Below, piece after piece: positions 46,482 to 50,136 of a stretch of DNA of 50,136 bases; the first letter of the stretch is position 1; the number at the start of each line of letters is the position of its first letter. A program made the position numbers and the translations under genes. The notes under the pieces are model-generated. The model saw only the letters and a list, made by a program, of their open reading frames with translations, searched no databases and was not told the origin of the DNA. This DNA is from Myxococcota bacterium (lineage in GTDB: Bacteria; Myxococcota_A; UBA9160; UBA4427). The stretch covers positions 1 to 50,136 of the forward strand of contig JAYZFK010000043.1 of the NCBI GenBank assembly GCA_036336835.1. The letters run 5' to 3'.

Positions 46482-47516
46482 CTATGCGTCCGCCCGCGAG
46501 AGCAACACCTCGTCGACGAGGCCCCACTGCTGGGCCGTGGGCGCGTCGATGCGACGCCCCGTGAGCGCAAGCCACGCCGTGCGCTGCCGGCCGATGCGTC
46601 GCGGCACGCTGGCGGTACCGCCCGCGCCGGGAACCAGCCCGAGCTGGAGCTCGGGCAGCTGGAAGAAGGCGTCCTCCCTCGCCTCGACCCGCCTCGAGAA
46701 TGCCGGCAACTCGACGCCGGCACCGATGCACGCGCCGTGGACTTCGAAGCGGATGCGATCCGCCAGATCGTGGATCAACAGCGCGGCGTTGCGCGTCGAG
46801 CGGACCGCGTGTGCGGTGGCCGGATCGGGCAGCGTCCCGAACTCGTCGAGATCACCGCCACTGCAGAAGGACGGCCCGCGGCCACGCACCACGATCTCGT
46901 CCAGGGCTGGATCGACCAGCGCGGGGCGCAGCGCCTCGACCAGCGCGTCGCGGATCGCGGTCGAGAAGGCGTTGTGCTTCTCGGGCCGATTGAGGGTCAG
47001 CGCGAGCGAGCGACCCCAGCGCTCGACCTGGACGGCGGGCTCGGAGTGGGGCGCCAGGCCCGGCGGTGCTCCCCGCGCCGCTCGCCAGGCGGCAAACTCG
47101 GGCCCGCTCTGCAGCGTCGAGTAGACCCACGACTCGGCCAGCAGCGCCTGCGGGACGTCGAGCGACTCGCCCTGGCGCAGCAGCTGCACCAGGGACATCG
47201 ATGCCAGCGGGTGCTGCCGCGCCATCGCGACGATCTCCTCGAGATCGTCGCGCCCGCCGACCACGACATCGAAGCGCGCGGCCCAGTCTCCCAGCGCACC
47301 GGCCGGGGGCTCGGCGCACAACGCGAGCGCCGGACACGGCAGCCGCCACAGCGATCGGCCGGCAGCCGAGAGCTGATCCGCGGAGGCCTCGGCCCGCGCG
47401 CGGCCGAAGTCGACGCAGAACGCGGGCTCCCCGGTGAGGGCAGAGAAATCTTCGCTCGCGTAGGGAGCGCTCAGCCGGTCGAGCGCTTCGTCGACCGACC
47501 ACACCGGAGGCAGCAA
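46482..47516 (-). CDS. Enoyl-CoA hydratase/isomerase with N-terminal extension
   Basis: LNRPEKHNAF, FCSGGDLDEFG, HGACIGAGVELPAF, LPELQLGLVPGAGGT; N-terminal ES..YSTLQSGPEF; start uncertain (TTG 47516 or GTG 47504). Confidence 0.88.
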   Translation of the reverse strand: MLPPVWSVDEALDRLSAPYASEDFSALTGEPAFCVDFGRARAEASADQLSAAGRSLWRLPCPALALCAEPPAGALGDWAARFDVVVGGRDDLEEIVAMARQHPLASMSLVQLLRQGESLDVPQALLAESWVYSTLQSGPEFAAWRAARGAPPGLAPHSEPAVQVERWGRSLALTLNRPEKHNAFSTAIRDALVEALRPALVDPALDEIVVRGRGPSFCSGGDLDEFGTLPDPATAHAVRSTRNAALLIHDLADRIRFEVHGACIGAGVELPAFSRRVEAREDAFFQLPELQLGLVPGAGGTASVPRRIGRQRTAWLALTGRRIDAPTAQQWGLVDEVLLSRADA

Positions 47517-47521
47517 GGCGG

Positions 47522-49030
47522 CTATGAGTCCGCTCCGGCGAGATCCGCGCGCACGACCCGGCGCAGCAGCTTGCCCGTCTCGTTGTAGGGCAGCTCGTCT
47601 CGGAAGACGACCTGGCTGGGCGAACGCGACGAGCGCAGCCGCTCGCTGACGAACGCCTGCAGCTCCGCGACCTCGGCCCGCTTGCCGTCGTGCAGCACGA
47701 TCGCCGCCGCGACCGCCTCGCCCCACTGCTCGTCGGGTACCCCCACGACCGCAACGTCGCGCACGGCATCGTGCTCGAGCAGCACGTCCTCGATCTCGCC
47801 GGGCGACATGTTCTCGCCGCCGCGCACGATGATGTCGTCCTGTCGACCTGCCAGGAACAGGAAGCCCTCTTCGTCGAGGTAGCCTCCGTCGCGCGTCGCA
47901 AAGAAGCCGTCGGCACCGAGGAGCGAGCCCTTGCCCAGATACTCGCCCGACACCTGCTCCCCGCTCACGTAGATCTCGCCGGACTCGTTGGGACCGAGCA
48001 CATTGCCCTCGGCATCGCGGATCTCGAGGGTCACGCTCGGAATCGGCCGTCCGACCGACACCAGTCGCTTGCGCGCGTCGGGATCGTCGCTGGCGCGAGC
48101 CGCGCGGTGCTCGTCGGGGCCGAGCACCGCGATGGTCGAGCTCGTCTCGGTCAGCCCGTAGGCCTGCGTGAAGTCGGCGTTCGGAACGGCCTCCATCGCC
48201 ATCTCGATCACCGGCAGCGGCATCTTGCCGCCGCCGTAGGCGACCGCGCGCAGCGAAGGCAGCTGGGCCACACCTCCAGCCCCGAGCTCGTCGACGATGC
48301 GCGCAAGCATCGTGGGGACCACGAAGGCATTGGTGACCTGCTCGCTGTGCGCAAGCCGCAGCCACTCGCTGGCCTCGAAGTTGGCCAGCTGCACGATGCG
48401 GCGACCCGAGTAGATCGAGCTGCACAGCGTCGCCATGCCGGCAATGTGGTACGGCGGCACGCAGACGAGCTGCGCGTCCTCCTCGGCGGCCAGGCCGAAC
48501 TCGACCGTCGTGAGAACGTATGAGCTCAGGTGCTTGTGCCGGATCACCGCGGCCTTCGGCGGTCCGGTCGTCCCGCTGGTGAACAGCAGGATCGCGATGT
48601 CGTCGGGATCCATCGGCCACGACGAGGAGGCGAGCGACTCGCCGCTCGCGCTCTCCGCCAGGAACGCCTCCCGCTCGATCACGTCGATGCCGTCGAGCGC
48701 GCCGAGCTGGCCCGCACGCTCGGCGTCTGTGACCAGCAGTGCCGGGGAGATCTGCGACGTCAGGCGCTCGAGCTCGTCACCGGTGAGTCGATAGTTGAGC
48801 GGCACGAACGGCACGCCCGCCCAGGCACTGGCGAACAGCGCGACCGGCACCGCGGGGCTGCTCGTGTCGAGCAGCGCCAGATGCTTGGCGCCCGACTCCT
48901 GGATCCGCCGCGCCGCCGCCCCCGCCGATTCGAACAGCTGCTCGTAGGTCATCGAACGGTCGCCATCGGTTACCGCAACGCGGTCTGCGAAGCCGGCCGA
49001 CGCCATCTCGAGGAGCATCATCAAGTTCAC
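47522..49030 (-). CDS. Class I adenylate-forming enzyme (fatty acid-CoA ligase)
   Basis: LFTSGTTGPPK, PPYHIAG, AYGLTETSST, TRDGG, GR.DDIIVRGGENMSPGEIE, LPYNETGKLLRR. Confidence 0.94.
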   Translation of the reverse strand: MNLMMLLEMASAGFADRVAVTDGDRSMTYEQLFESAGAAARRIQESGAKHLALLDTSSPAVPVALFASAWAGVPFVPLNYRLTGDELERLTSQISPALLVTDAERAGQLGALDGIDVIEREAFLAESASGESLASSSWPMDPDDIAILLFTSGTTGPPKAAVIRHKHLSSYVLTTVEFGLAAEEDAQLVCVPPYHIAGMATLCSSIYSGRRIVQLANFEASEWLRLAHSEQVTNAFVVPTMLARIVDELGAGGVAQLPSLRAVAYGGGKMPLPVIEMAMEAVPNADFTQAYGLTETSSTIAVLGPDEHRAARASDDPDARKRLVSVGRPIPSVTLEIRDAEGNVLGPNESGEIYVSGEQVSGEYLGKGSLLGADGFFATRDGGYLDEEGFLFLAGRQDDIIVRGGENMSPGEIEDVLLEHDAVRDVAVVGVPDEQWGEAVAAAIVLHDGKRAEVAELQAFVSERLRSSRSPSQVVFRDELPYNETGKLLRRVVRADLAGADS

Positions 49031-49076
49031 GGCATCGCCTCTGCGGAAGATCGCGGTCCAGACCGCGCGAGCGCGC

Positions 49077-49388
49077 TCAGTCGGAGGAAGGAAGGGGCTT
49101 GGCCTCTTTGATCGAGAGCAGCGCGCCGCCCGAGGCGATCGAGCCCTCGCCCGGCTTGGTGCACAGCACCTCGAGATCGCCGGCCTCGTTGACGTAGCGC
49201 TTGCCGAGCAGGGTGCCGGCGTCAGCGCCCTCGGCGGGCGAGCCGTCCGCCGGAGGCTCTTCGGCGATCGGGATCATCGGCGCACCGCCGCAGCTGAGGT
49301 CCGCTCCGTCGGCGGGAACGCCAACCGCCATGATCTCGGTCGCGCAGACCACGCTGCGCAGCCGCGTTCCAGCCTTGAGTTCCGCCAT
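49077..49388 (-). CDS. Small Cys-containing hypothetical protein (103 aa)
   Basis: MAELKAGTRLRSVVCATEIMAV...LSCGGAPM...GTLLGKRYV...EVLCTKPGEG...PLPSSD; GGAGAG RBS; first gene of the ligase/crotonase operon. Confidence 0.8.
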   Translation of the reverse strand: MAELKAGTRLRSVVCATEIMAVGVPADGADLSCGGAPMIPIAEEPPADGSPAEGADAGTLLGKRYVNEAGDLEVLCTKPGEGSIASGGALLSIKEAKPLPSSD

Positions 49389-49516
49389 CGTTCGATCTCT
49401 CCAAGCCCGGGCCGCGCCCGGCTGTCCAGGTTGCACCGCCCCCGCGGCGGGCGCTCTTCCCACGCGAGTTCCGGCTCAGCCTGCTGGCCGCAAGCCTGCG
49501 GGGCTGCAACGATATC

Positions 49517-50136
49517 ATGCTCCTCGTGCGTTTCACCGACCGAACTCGCCAGAGCGCCGCGCGACCCGCGCTGACCGACCCGCTGCCCGGGCTGCCGGTT
49601 CGGCTCGCCGAGCGCGGCACTGCCCCGACCCTGGACTGGGCCGCCAGCGGAGCGATGGCGCTGACCGGCGAGCCGGACGGCCCGCCGCTCGTCGCGCCCG
49701 CCGCCTTCGCCAGCGCCACTGCGGCAGCAATCCGACGGCTCGCGGAGCTGTGCAACGCCGGCACCGGGTCGCCGCTCGGCGCGCTCGACGGTGCCGCGCT
49801 GCTCGGCGAGCGGGCGGCCGCGCTGGGCCTCGAGCGAGCCGGCGCGACCGCGCCGGGGGGCAGCTGCCGCCTGCTCCCGACGGCGACGCGTGCGATCGCA
49901 CTGCAGCTCGCGCGCGACGACGACGTCGCGCTGCTCGAGGCCTGGCTCGAGACACCTCGCGGCAACGCGGCGCCCTGGGAGTTCGTCCGCCGAGCCGTCG
50001 CGCGGCGCGACGGCCAAACACTCGCGCGGCGCGCCCGGGACATCGGACTGGCCGCCGCCACCAGCGACCCGGCGCCGCGCGTGGCGCCACCCTGGGTCCG
50101 CATTGCAGCGCTGGGCGAGCGGCGTCCGCAGATGAT
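49517..50136 (+). CDS. CoA transferase family III-like protein, N-terminal part (3' partial)
   Basis: Open frame to the window end (absent from the ORF track): WAASGAMALTGEPDGPP, LLGERAA..GL.R.G..APGGSCRLL, L.LARDDD..LL.AWL; start uncertain. Confidence 0.75.
   Translation, partial: MLLVRFTDRTRQSAARPALTDPLPGLPVRLAERGTAPTLDWAASGAMALTGEPDGPPLVAPAAFASATAAAIRRLAELCNAGTGSPLGALDGAALLGERAAALGLERAGATAPGGSCRLLPTATRAIALQLARDDDVALLEAWLETPRGNAAPWEFVRRAVARRDGQTLARRARDIGLAAATSDPAPRVAPPWVRIAALGERRPQM

Noticed and set aside
1..50136. CRISPR arrays, IS elements, prophage or defence systems
   Set aside because: I recognised no regularly spaced repeats, transposases, phage genes or defence-domain proteins.

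Overview
Very GC-rich bacterial chromosomal window from a diderm organism (outer-membrane beta-barrels and an autotransporter are present; a Myxococcota-like lineage is only a guess). It holds about 43 CDSs and one tRNA-Pro(UGG). I saw no integrase, transposase, CRISPR array or prophage. Main blocks: (1) a cluster of three tandem cytochromes P450 flanked by two SDRs and a ketosteroid-isomerase-like protein, with non-canonical catalytic residues in several of these enzymes; (2) a split SOS-mutasome locus, in which imuA-imuB and dnaE2 are separated by an inverted gloA-dinB-(small ORF)-dgkA unit, and both halves carry the same AT-rich CGAA-N7-CGAA direct repeat just downstream of a TTGAC -35 box, a candidate undescribed DNA-damage operator; (3) tkt, a quinohemoprotein alcohol dehydrogenase, a HAL2-type bisphosphate nucleotidase, tRNA-Pro and leuCD; (4) many acyl-CoA catabolic genes (CoA ligases, CaiB/BaiF transferases, crotonases, a TauD dioxygenase, an esterase); (5) dispersed GT-C glycosyltransferases and a Wzx flippase; (6) an RlmI-like methyltransferase lacking its catalytic Cys, a YyaL protein, a deoxyhypusine-synthase-like protein and an autotransporter. 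Calls come from reading motifs by eye; no database searches were run.
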